Assembly (NCBI GenBank): GCA_026395915.1
Contig: JAPLXU010000017.1
Span: 3,023 to 53,905, forward strand
DNA length: 50,883 bases
Origin: Candidatus Nomurabacteria bacterium
GTDB taxonomy: Bacteria > Patescibacteriota > Minisyncoccia > Phycocordibacterales > UBA9973
Direction: 5' to 3'
In this document: positions 28,705-36,733 of the stretch, in pieces
How positions within the stretch are numbered: position 1 is the first letter of the stretch
How the letters are laid out: every line of letters begins with the position of its first letter
The notes under the pieces: model-generated
What the model was told of the DNA's origin: nothing
What the model saw: only the letters and a program-made list of their open reading frames with translations
The model's database searches: none
Translations under genes and position numbers: made by a program

Positions 28705-29108
28705 TTAAATTAAATAAAATAAAATATTTCCTGTTTTCTGTTGTGTTATTTTCTTTTACAATTATACCTACTGCGTTTGCTCTCAATTATACTCCTACCC
28801 AAGTAACTACGGTTGGTTGTTTAGCTATTGATAGTAATTCGAAATTTCAAGACGTTTTGATTTACGCCACCTGTATCATAAACAAGTCAGTTATTCCTCT
28901 CATTTTTGCTCTAGCCGTGGCGTTGTTTGTCTGGGGAGTAGTGCAATATGTCATAAATAGCGATGAAGAGGCAAAAAAAGAAAAGGGCAGGCAGTTTATG
29001 ATCTGGGGGATTATTGCTTTGGCGGTAATGGTTTCAGTTTGGGGATTGGTAAATATTTTAGGGAATACTTTTGGCATAGAAAAAACTATTCCACAAGTTA
29101 AGCCATAG
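28701..29108 (+). CDS. TrbC/VirB2-like pilin
   Basis: FVWGVVQYV..KKEKGRQFMIWGIIALAVMVSVWGLV. Confidence 0.8.
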   Translation: MIKLNKIKYFLFSVVLFSFTIIPTAFALNYTPTQVTTVGCLAIDSNSKFQDVLIYATCIINKSVIPLIFALAVALFVWGVVQYVINSDEEAKKEKGRQFMIWGIIALAVMVSVWGLVNILGNTFGIEKTIPQVKP

Positions 29109-29154
29109 TTGTTTTATTTTGTTCATGATATAATTAAAAGATATTATTATTTAA

Positions 29155-29190
29155 CCTGCCCGCAATGCTTTGCATAGCGATGTAGGCGGG
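29155..29190 (+). repeat. Family A1 element, 36 bp, intergenic
   Basis: cctgcccgcaatgctttgcatagcgatgtaggcggg. Confidence 0.9.
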
Positions 29191-29234
29191 GGTCGGAGAT
29201 TATTAGTTAGATTATTAGTTAAACGTTTACAAAA

Positions 29235-29633
29235 ATGAAAAATAAATTAATTGTTTTGTCGGGTTTTGTTTTAGGTCTTTCGCCAGTTGTGGCATTAGCG
29301 CAAGTCGGGACCGTTGGTGCTACTTCTAATAACTGTGATATTGGTGTAAATGGAACATTGCTTGGAGTATTGTGCAAAATAGGACAGATTCTTAATGCTG
29401 TTGTTCCAGTTTTGATAGCGCTTGGGATAGTCTATTTCGTCTGGGGTGTCATTTCTTATGTAATTGGAACCGATGAAGAAACAAAGAAATCAGCCAGAGA
29501 GAAAATGGTTTATGGAATTATTGGTTTAGCTGTTATTGTCGCTGTTTGGGGACTTGTGAGAATTTTGACAAACACATTTCAAGTTAATAACACTGGACAA
29601 GTAACGCTTCCTACTATTCCGATTGTTCAATAA
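29235..29633 (+). CDS. TrbC/VirB2-like pilin
   Basis: Signal peptide; FVWGVISYV..AREKMVYGIIGLAVIVAVWGLV. Confidence 0.82.
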   Translation: MKNKLIVLSGFVLGLSPVVALAQVGTVGATSNNCDIGVNGTLLGVLCKIGQILNAVVPVLIALGIVYFVWGVISYVIGTDEETKKSAREKMVYGIIGLAVIVAVWGLVRILTNTFQVNNTGQVTLPTIPIVQ

Positions 29634-29645
29634 TTTAAGATTATT

Positions 29646-29720
29646 ATGGATCCCGTTAGAAGTCTACTTTCGGGAACCATTTTTAGAGATTATTAGTTAT
29701 TAACTTCTAACGGGATGGAT
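29646..29720. repeat. Small inverted-repeat element flanked by an ATGGAT direct repeat
   Basis: atcccgttagaagt (29650-29663) / acttctaacgggat (29703-29716); ATGGAT at 29646 and 29715. Confidence 0.75.
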
Positions 29721-30047
29721 TTACTTTCTACCAAAGTAGCCTATGCGACGAGTACAAACTTGAACCAGTTTATAACAAATGTTGATAGCATGATTATAAA
29801 CCCGCTCATAATATTTCTTTTCGCTTTGGCGTTGGTGTATTTTCTTTACGGCTTATTTGAGTTCATCGCTAACGGCGCAAATGACGAGAAAAAAACAACA
29901 GGGAAGAGCCATATGCTTTGGGGGATAGTCGGACTTACCATAATGATGGGGGTTTGGGCTATTTTAGGGATTATCTTGAATACTCTAAACATACAAGATC
30001 AGATAAAGCCTGAACAAGGAGAAGTTAATCTGCCTTCGCCTAAATAA
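29715..30047 (+). CDS. TrbC/VirB2-like pilin
   Basis: FLYGLFEFI..KTTGKSHMLWGIVGLTIMMGVWAI. Confidence 0.8.
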   Translation: MDLLSTKVAYATSTNLNQFITNVDSMIINPLIIFLFALALVYFLYGLFEFIANGANDEKKTTGKSHMLWGIVGLTIMMGVWAILGIILNTLNIQDQIKPEQGEVNLPSPK

Positions 30048-30072
30048 GGAAATAAAATTCTGAAAAAATATA

Positions 30073-30107
30073 AAGAGGGCGTTTCGTTGTTAACGAAACG
30101 CCCTCTT
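30073..30107. terminator. Hairpin between convergent genes (likely terminator)
   Basis: aagagggcgtttcgtt-gtt-aacgaaacgccctctt. Confidence 0.75.
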
Positions 30108-30136
30108 GCGTGGCCAGCGCGATTACGGCCATTTGT

Positions 30137-30985
30137 TCATTTTTGAATTGTTACCACTTTATATACCTGCACCCGAAATCTTGGGAGCAGGGGATCCAAA
30201 GAGACAAACTTTGTCTCCCCAGACCGCATAGATGAAGGGGCATGAAAATCTTCCCCTTGTCCTTCCCGGTCGACAATCTGATCGCCGGGGTAGATAATTC
30301 GTAGAGGATGATCTCCCCAGATTATCTTGAACCTGTAGTCAATGATTGTGCTACAGGGTGTTTTTCCTTCGTACATGAGCTCGAGAGCTTCGGCTGTCGT
30401 TGCCGAACTTGCCGAAGTTGATCCCGTTGGCACCGAGTTCGTCGGTGCGGGTTCGGGTGGACCGAAAGCGCCATGCCATATCAATAAGACAGGGCCTCCT
30501 ATAGTCCCATGCTTCTTGAGGTATTTGGTGCTGATTTCCTCCCGATTTGGCAAGGTTTTGGCGTAGGTTGGAAATCCTAACTGTACAGTCAGGACTAAGA
30601 AGGCAATTGCCAAAACGATTCCTATTGTCAACCAACGATTTCCTTTCACCGACACGTAGGCTAATCCGGCTGAGAATAAGATGGCGATAGCATTCCATGC
30701 TAACGACAACTTTTCTGGGCGATGGGGGATAAGCAGTCCTTCTAGGATGCTTCCGAGGAGCATTAAGACAAGGAATATTGCTACTCCCATGCTTGCTTTT
30801 ACTAGAATCTCCATAACTCCCCAAAAGCTCTTGACTCCATCGTCTCCAATGTTTTTCTTCACTATAACGGCAAAGAAAACCGCGAGGATTAATGTTAGTA
30901 CTGCCAGCAATCCCCTAACTGGTAGTCCTATTGTCAGCAAGACAGCAAGTATGATGATCGAGATGATCGCGCCAATTTTTTTCAT
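30137..30985 (-). CDS. Hypothetical multi-pass membrane protein
   Basis: 282-aa ORF, about 5 TM then a soluble domain. Confidence 0.75.
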   Translation of the reverse strand: MKKIGAIISIIILAVLLTIGLPVRGLLAVLTLILAVFFAVIVKKNIGDDGVKSFWGVMEILVKASMGVAIFLVLMLLGSILEGLLIPHRPEKLSLAWNAIAILFSAGLAYVSVKGNRWLTIGIVLAIAFLVLTVQLGFPTYAKTLPNREEISTKYLKKHGTIGGPVLLIWHGAFGPPEPAPTNSVPTGSTSASSATTAEALELMYEGKTPCSTIIDYRFKIIWGDHPLRIIYPGDQIVDREGQGEDFHAPSSMRSGETKFVSLDPLLPRFRVQVYKVVTIQK

Positions 30986-31001
30986 ATCTGTTGTTCCTTT
31001 C

Positions 31002-31667
31002 TTATGCGAGTTTGCTTCTGAACAGTGTTTTCAGCAAGATTTCGCCGATCTCGACTACAAGGTCCCATTTTGCGAACTCCCAGAAACCTAGTTTCGCATG
31101 TGGAGCCGAAGTACTTGCACTTTCAGCATGTGCAGTTACTTCAGGAGCTTTACGGCGACGTTCTTCGACAGCTTCATCATGGTGTTTCCTGATTAGATCT
31201 TGGATCTTCTTGATTACGTTCTTGAATTCATCTGCAAACGCAAACCAGAAGAATCCAAAAGTTAAGAATGCCATGAAGAATGATTCTTTCCACCAGAACC
31301 AGCTTATCCTGTTAGGATTTTTTTCTGATTCCAACCAGCCGATGATTTTCTTGACGACTGATTCACCGATGGTGATTGTGCTAAGGAACTTCCTGATCGA
31401 TTCCATCAGCCAATCTGGTATCCATGATGTCCATAGGGGCGGTCCCCAATTGAACAGAGCAATCACACATGTGACCGCTGTGCTCGCTAGCAAGACAAAC
31501 CACCAGTTGTTTTCGTTCCAGTAGGCCTTTCTGGCCCTTTTCCCTCGCCACCATGCGGTGAGGGCGATGGCTATCGCTCCCACCACGAGACACACAATTA
31601 GCCATATTGTGGAGGCAAGAAGGGTGTGTTGTCCCTTCTCAATCCATTGAAGAAAAGTTCGATTCAT
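31002..31667 (-). CDS. Hypothetical Trp-rich membrane protein
   Basis: 221-aa ORF, about 3 TM, downstream of a consensus promoter. Confidence 0.72.
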   Translation of the reverse strand: MNRTFLQWIEKGQHTLLASTIWLIVCLVVGAIAIALTAWWRGKRARKAYWNENNWWFVLLASTAVTCVIALFNWGPPLWTSWIPDWLMESIRKFLSTITIGESVVKKIIGWLESEKNPNRISWFWWKESFFMAFLTFGFFWFAFADEFKNVIKKIQDLIRKHHDEAVEERRRKAPEVTAHAESASTSAPHAKLGFWEFAKWDLVVEIGEILLKTLFRSKLA

Positions 31668-31840
31668 ATTTTCTTTCTTTCTCTTTGTGCTCCGACCTAG
31701 GGTCGGAGCGGGTTGTTGTTATTTACGTTAAATGTTTTGAGCGAACGGGTCGCCCGCTAAAAAGCCAAAGCCATTTTCAGCTACTTGGCGGGCAAACCAT
31801 TCACATTTAACCTTGTTTTCAAAGATCAGTTTACCGCCGT

Positions 31841-31869
31841 AGTATATCATGAAACAAAATAAAAGTCAA
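31841..31869 (-). promoter_or_regulatory. Sigma70 promoter TTGACT-17-TATACT (extended -10)
   Basis: Consensus match on the minus strand, followed by a boxA-like motif and a structured leader. Confidence 0.75.
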
Positions 31870-31961
31870 CATTGATTTAATATCATACTTGATAGATAAT
31901 CAATGCATAACTATGAAAAAGACCCTTATGCAGATACGTCTGCATCGGGGGCTTTTTCTTT

Positions 31962-32444
31962 TTAGTGTGTTTTTGAAAATTTATGATAATGCTCGTTTAA
32001 AAAAGTTATTTCTATATTTTTATTTCTTAATAAGATTGAACACTTGTTCTCATCCGGTGCTAGAATGCAGTTCATTGATTTATTTTCTTCTAAAAATTTT
32101 ACTAAACAACCGAAATCTCCATCGCCCGTGATTAAGATACAGGAAGTGAATGCTTTGGTGTAAAAATCTGAAACCGTTTTCAATACAAGTTCTGCATCAC
32201 AATTACCTTTAATTGTTCCACCAACAGAAACAGTTTGTTTAAAAACCAAAATGAAACCGCATTCTTGTAGGTATTCGTAAAATTTCACTCTTTCTGGAAC
32301 AAGTCCAATGAATAAATATATATTTTGCGGATTATATTTTTGGCGCAACCATCCTCTAAATTTTTTATAGTCTATTTCAAATCCAAGCTCTTTGGCTCCA
32401 CGGTATAGATTATTTCCATCAATATATATGTTTACTTTATTCAT
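31962..32444 (-). CDS. NYN domain (LabA/DUF88, PIN-like) protein
   Basis: YIDGNNL, KGNCDAEL, LITGDGDF. Confidence 0.9.
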   Translation of the reverse strand: MNKVNIYIDGNNLYRGAKELGFEIDYKKFRGWLRQKYNPQNIYLFIGLVPERVKFYEYLQECGFILVFKQTVSVGGTIKGNCDAELVLKTVSDFYTKAFTSCILITGDGDFGCLVKFLEENKSMNCILAPDENKCSILLRNKNIEITFLNEHYHKFSKTH

Positions 32445-32510
32445 GTAGATTATTTTATCATAAAATTTGCAAATGGAGGTATCAGAAATGAAAAATAGTT
32501 TTAAATCATA

Positions 32511-32547
32511 AGCAAAAAAGCCTCCCGAGATGGGAGGCTTTTTTGCT
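32511..32547. terminator. Intrinsic terminator
   Basis: agcaaaaaagcctccc-gagat-gggaggcttttttgct. Confidence 0.85.
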
Positions 32548-32560
32548 GTGTTTTTTATGA

Positions 32561-33043
32561 TTAGGCGTGTTTCAGTGGAGTTGAATTATATTTTTCATTA
32601 CCGCCATAGACCCTTCTCACCAAAATAACTATTATCAAAATAATTATTGCGACAAAGATCCATTGTATCAGGCTGTTGGGCAAGAAACTGTTTGAGCCGA
32701 ATATGGCGTTTGCCGCGAGATTGTTGTTATTTTCGTTTGCTTTAGAGACTTCTCCACTCATGGTGACATTAGAAGTTTTTTTTACGCTTGCATTGGAATT
32801 ATTTGTGCTCGTATTAGAATTGTTAGAACTTTGGTTGGTTGGATTTATAACTGGTGTTGGATTATTTGTTACTGGTTGGCTATAGGCATTATTATAAACA
32901 GTGTTGCAACCGCCTTCACTACAAGAAGTAGAATTATAACTATTATAACCATAACTTTGGGTAGGAGACATAATCATCAAAGAAGCTGAAACAGCCAATA
33001 TTCCTAAATTGAAAATTATTGATTTTGTGTTTATTTTATTCAT
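32561..33043 (-). CDS. Hypothetical exported Ser/Asn/Thr-rich protein with C-terminal TM anchor
   Basis: Signal peptide, low-complexity linker, NLAANAIFG..FLPNSLIQW then TM; TTGACA-17-TATACT 8 nt before ATG. Confidence 0.8.
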   Translation of the reverse strand: MNKINTKSIIFNLGILAVSASLMIMSPTQSYGYNSYNSTSCSEGGCNTVYNNAYSQPVTNNPTPVINPTNQSSNNSNTSTNNSNASVKKTSNVTMSGEVSKANENNNNLAANAIFGSNSFLPNSLIQWIFVAIIILIIVILVRRVYGGNEKYNSTPLKHA

Positions 33044-33179
33044 ACAGTTAGAGTATATCATATTCATATATAAATGTCAAGCAAAACGGCGCCTCTGCAT
33101 GGTTAGCAAGAAGGCGCCGTAAAGATTGATGTTTTTCAGCGGACTTTATTGTAGGAGCCACCGATTTTCCTTCTCCTCG

Positions 33180-33695
33180 TTACCACGAGGAGACAACGAC
33201 ATTCTGACCGCCCGGCCCGTTGTGAACGTTACTGGTACCTCCAGGGATGGAGGAAATGGTGTTTCCTCCGCCTGGGCCGTTATTATGACCCCAGCCGTAG
33301 CCACCACCTCCTTGGACGGAGATAGTGTTCACTCCACCCGGCCCGTTATTGTAGTAACTCCCATTTCCATAATAGTTGGTGTTACCACTGAAAAGGGAAG
33401 CCAGAAACCCTTTTCCTCCAATTTCTTTGGAGACAGCGGCGTCCCTGGCGCCGTTTAACTGTTGAATCTTAATATCCTTGTTTACGGCGGGGCCTGTCTG
33501 GGTCACCTGACCGGCCATAATGTTTGTTTTCCCATCGACGATATTCGTCATCGTTGTCGTCGTCACTGCCAGCTCTCCTGGTTTAAAGGGAAGAGATAAG
33601 TCTTTGTGGGCATAGTTCCCACTGTTCATGGCGACGCAGCCGGAGCTAACCACGATGACCAAACTGAGACCGACGATGTTGATTATATTTTTCAT
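33180..33695 (-). CDS. Hypothetical lipoprotein with Gly/Asn-rich C-terminus
   Basis: Lipobox-like VSSGC; three (N/H)NGPGG repeats. Confidence 0.72.
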   Translation of the reverse strand: MKNIINIVGLSLVIVVSSGCVAMNSGNYAHKDLSLPFKPGELAVTTTTMTNIVDGKTNIMAGQVTQTGPAVNKDIKIQQLNGARDAAVSKEIGGKGFLASLFSGNTNYYGNGSYYNNGPGGVNTISVQGGGGYGWGHNNGPGGGNTISSIPGGTSNVHNGPGGQNVVVSSW

Positions 33696-33823
33696 TATAT
33701 TTCTTGTGTTAGATTTTATGTTTTTCTGCAGGCAGTAGCCAAAAGATTTAGCTATTATCTGCAAAAAAACAAAAACAACAAAAGAATAATTTTGAAAGAA
33801 CAATATACTAACTTACTGGGTAT

Positions 33824-33852
33824 AGTATAGCATATTGGAGTCTTATTGTCAA
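33824..33852 (-). promoter_or_regulatory. Sigma70 promoter TTGACA-17-TATACT
   Basis: Near-perfect consensus; boxA-like GTTCTTTCAAAA at 33790-33801. Confidence 0.75.
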
Positions 33853-33912
33853 GCTCAATTTAAGCCCATAAAATATAGGTATTTTTTACATACTTTTTAG
33901 CGTTTTTTTATG

Positions 33913-33994
33913 TGGGCGAGGAGGGATTTGAACCCTCAAGTCTTGCGACATCAGTTCCTAAGACTGACGCGTATACCAATTCCGCCACTCGCCC
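33913..33994 (-). tRNA. tRNA-Leu(TAG)
   Basis: Anticodon arm tcagt-ctTAGga-actga, long variable arm. Confidence 0.95.
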
Positions 33995-34029
33995 AAAATA
34001 TATTTTGACTAGATTTTGCCTAGTCTATG

Positions 34030-34113
34030 TGCCCGAGGTGGGAATCGAACCCACATGACCTTGCGGTCGGGAAATTTTAAGTCTCCTGCGGCTACCAATT
34101 ACGCCACTCGGGC
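34030..34113 (-). tRNA. tRNA-Leu(TAA)
   Basis: Anticodon arm ggaga-ctTAAaa-tttcc, long variable arm. Confidence 0.95.
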
Positions 34114-34160
34114 AAGGCACGCACAAGTTAAAAAGTTTACAAAACAAACTTTTTAACTTG

Positions 34161-34233
34161 TGCGCCCAGCAGGGATCGAACCTGCGACATTCTCCTTAAG
34201 AGGGAGCTACTCTACCAGCTGAGTTATGGGCGC
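34161..34233 (-). tRNA. tRNA-Lys(CTT)
   Basis: Anticodon arm ctcc-ctCTTaa-ggag; acceptor GCGCCCA/TGGGCGC. Confidence 0.93.
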
Positions 34234-34256
34234 ATATTTTGTTTTCAAATACTCTG

Positions 34257-34328
34257 AGGCGTGGGTGGGAATCGAACCCACGCATGTCGGTTTTGCAGAC
34301 CGAAGCGTTACCACTTCGCCACCACGCC
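34257..34328 (-). tRNA. tRNA-Cys(GCA)
   Basis: Anticodon arm tcggt-ctGCAaa-accga; U73 discriminator. Confidence 0.95.
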
Positions 34329-34339
34329 ATTCTTTCATC

Positions 34340-34660
34340 CTAACTATTTCGAAGCAATTCGTCAATTTTTTGTCTGTGCTTTTCTCCGAGGTCGATCGCT
34401 ATATCGACAAAGGGAATATTTTTTGTAGTCATAGTCTTTTTCAAGAATTCTCGCAATTCTCCTCGCTTTCTTTTGGCGAATTCTAGGGCTGGTTTTTCTT
34501 TTTCGGTAGGGAATACAGTTATGAATATTGTTGCCTTTTTCAAGTCGGGCGAACAAGTTGCCGAAGTCACAGTGATGAGTGAAGTTCCGTTATTTTCTCG
34601 CTCCAAAAATTCCGCAGTTGCTTCTTTGAGATAGTTCGCTACTTTTTCTTTTCTTTCCAT
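34340..34660 (-). CDS. rbfA: Ribosome-binding factor A
   Basis: ITVT..SPDLKKATIFIT, IPFVDIAID; follows infB. Confidence 0.9.
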   Translation of the reverse strand: MERKEKVANYLKEATAEFLERENNGTSLITVTSATCSPDLKKATIFITVFPTEKEKPALEFAKRKRGELREFLKKTMTTKNIPFVDIAIDLGEKHRQKIDELLRNS

Positions 34661-34666
34661 GTTTTT

Positions 34667-36202
34667 TTATTTTTGCGCTATTGAAAATAATTCTATAATG
34701 TCGCCCGGCGCGATTTCTATTTTCGACTCGATCATCATGCCGAATTCTGATCCATCTTCGACGATGCCGGTTTTCGCTTTATTCTTTTCCAAGTTCACGA
34801 TTTTTCCGCGTCCGATTTCGAATTCTCTGCGCATAATTTTCACTGTTCCATTTAAGAGCATTTGTCCTTCAGTAACCTTACCGCCTATTATCTGGCGCTC
34901 TTTGGTTCGACTGAAAGCTCTGATGATTTTTGCGCGACCGGTCGTTTCTATCGTCTCGATTCTAGGTCTTCTGTTTTCCATTTGCTCTTCGAGCCACTCT
35001 TTCATTTTATAAATGACGTCGAAAAACGAAATCGTGATTTCTCTTTTTAGAGCAATTTCTGTCGCGTTCCTGTCCGCTTTTACATTAAATCCGATGATTA
35101 TCACATCTTTGCTGTCGGACATATTCTTTATATCTGATTCTGAAATTGTCCCTACTCCTTTTCCGATAATTTTGAACTCAGCATTATCTATTTCACCCTT
35201 GCTTTTTATTTTAGTTATTTCTTTTTCAATGGCTTCCAAGGATCCGGCAACATCTGCTTTGAGCAATATTGGGATTATTTTTTTCTCTGAGTTTTTCTCT
35301 GGATTTTTTGTTTTGGGAGCCGAGCTCCCAAAGTTTGGGAGCTCGGCTCCCAAAATCTTTGCATACTCTTCCGCGCCCTTTCTATTTTTAAAAGATTTAA
35401 ATTCTGATCCCAATTTCGGCATTTTATCGAAACCGCAAAGGCGAACAGGGGAGGAAGGTCGCGCGCTGTTTATCATTTCTCCTTTGAAATTTTGAATTAT
35501 GCGTGTGGAAGTCATAGCATCTCCGGCAACAACGAACATTTTTTTCTGAAGCTCTCCGTTTTTGATAATTAAAGTCGCCTGAATTCCACATTTTGAATCA
35601 AGGTTTGCTTCTATCACGAAACCTGAAGCGTTTTCTTCTGCGTTTCCGGTGAAGTTTTCCATTTCAGCTAAAATCAAAATGAGCGATAGGAGGTTGTCTA
35701 CACCAGCGCCGGTCTTTGCAGAAATTTCCACGCATGGAATCTTGCCTCCATAATTTTCCAGATAGATTTCGTTTTCCGCAAGTTCTTGTTTCGTCTTTTC
35801 GATATTTGCGTTTGGTTTATCTATTTTATTTATTGCGACGATGGAAGGCAATTTCATTTCGTTGATTGTTTTCCATGCCTCGATTGTTTGTGGCTTCACG
35901 CCATCTTCAGCTGAGACTATCAAAATAGCGATGTCAGCGATCAAAGCTCCACGTTCGCGCATTTTTGAAAAAGCTTCGTGTCCGGGTGTATCCAGAAAAG
36001 TAATTTTTCTTTCTTTTCCTTCTTCATCTTTATGTAAGACTTCGTAAGCAGAAATACATTGGGTGATACCTCCAGCTTCACACTCAGCCACATTTGTTTT
36101 TCGAATGTAATCTAAAAGCGTTGATTTTCCGTGATCAATGTGTCCCACGACCACTACGACTGGTGGTCTCGATATTGTTTTGTTATTTTTATTTTCTTGC
36201 AT
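34667..36202 (-). CDS. infB: Translation initiation factor IF-2 (short, lacks N-terminal domains)
   Basis: RPPVVVVVGHIDHGKSTLLD, EAGGITQ, FLDTPGHEAF, NKID, KADVAGSLEAI. Confidence 0.98.
   Translation of the reverse strand: MQENKNNKTISRPPVVVVVGHIDHGKSTLLDYIRKTNVAECEAGGITQCISAYEVLHKDEEGKERKITFLDTPGHEAFSKMRERGALIADIAILIVSAEDGVKPQTIEAWKTINEMKLPSIVAINKIDKPNANIEKTKQELAENEIYLENYGGKIPCVEISAKTGAGVDNLLSLILILAEMENFTGNAEENASGFVIEANLDSKCGIQATLIIKNGELQKKMFVVAGDAMTSTRIIQNFKGEMINSARPSSPVRLCGFDKMPKLGSEFKSFKNRKGAEEYAKILGAELPNFGSSAPKTKNPEKNSEKKIIPILLKADVAGSLEAIEKEITKIKSKGEIDNAEFKIIGKGVGTISESDIKNMSDSKDVIIIGFNVKADRNATEIALKREITISFFDVIYKMKEWLEEQMENRRPRIETIETTGRAKIIRAFSRTKERQIIGGKVTEGQMLLNGTVKIMRREFEIGRGKIVNLEKNKAKTGIVEDGSEFGMMIESKIEIAPGDIIELFSIAQK
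35311..35355. repeat. 45-bp palindrome in frame in infB (22-bp arms)
   Basis: ttttgggagccgagctcccaaa-g-tttgggagctcggctcccaaaa. Confidence 0.92.
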
Positions 36203-36238
36203 TTTGTTTTATAACTTTCCACTTTATGAACTTTTTAA

Positions 36239-36709
36239 CTATCTAACTTCCGCTTTTCGCAGTGCTTCTTTTTCTTCTGCGCTCAATTCGTATTCTGATT
36301 TGTTATTTTTTATAGGCTTGGCAAATATGCTCATTCGTTCGCGGGAGTATAAACTTGAAAATACAACGCCATCGCCTTCCTCATTCAACATTCCAATAGC
36401 GAAACTCTGGTTACTGCCTTGATCAGGGAAAGGATTGAAACGAATAGTCTCGAGTCCGCGTATACTTTTTTTTAATTTTGCATTTATAACTGTAATGTCT
36501 TTTTGTGTGTCGTCTTTCGCTTTTCTCAAATTAGCAATATCTCGTTCAAGATTTACTATTGTGTCTTCCAAATCTTTTGCCTTTTTACCGAGAAAGAATC
36601 TCTTTAGACGCTTTTCTGTGGTAATAATCCAAACAGCGCCGACTATAATAGCGATTAATGTGAAAACAAAAAAAGCTAATAAAAAAATACCGTCGAGCTT
36701 TATATTCAT
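36239..36709 (-). CDS. DUF4446 family protein
   Basis: N-terminal TM, coiled coil, RFNPFPDQGSNQSFAI, YELSAEEKEAL. Confidence 0.88.
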   Translation of the reverse strand: MNIKLDGIFLLAFFVFTLIAIIVGAVWIITTEKRLKRFFLGKKAKDLEDTIVNLERDIANLRKAKDDTQKDITVINAKLKKSIRGLETIRFNPFPDQGSNQSFAIGMLNEEGDGVVFSSLYSRERMSIFAKPIKNNKSEYELSAEEKEALRKAEVR

Positions 36710-36733
36710 ATTTAGATAATATATACTATTTTT

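Noticed and set aside
30342-31810. Alternative-frame ORFs over the two membrane protein genes
   Set aside because: Shadow ORFs in GC-richer DNA; the long minus-strand ORFs have TM patterns, a promoter and a terminator.
33180-33420. Asn-rich repeats as a second DGR target
   Set aside because: No similarity to the TR and no CLec motifs.
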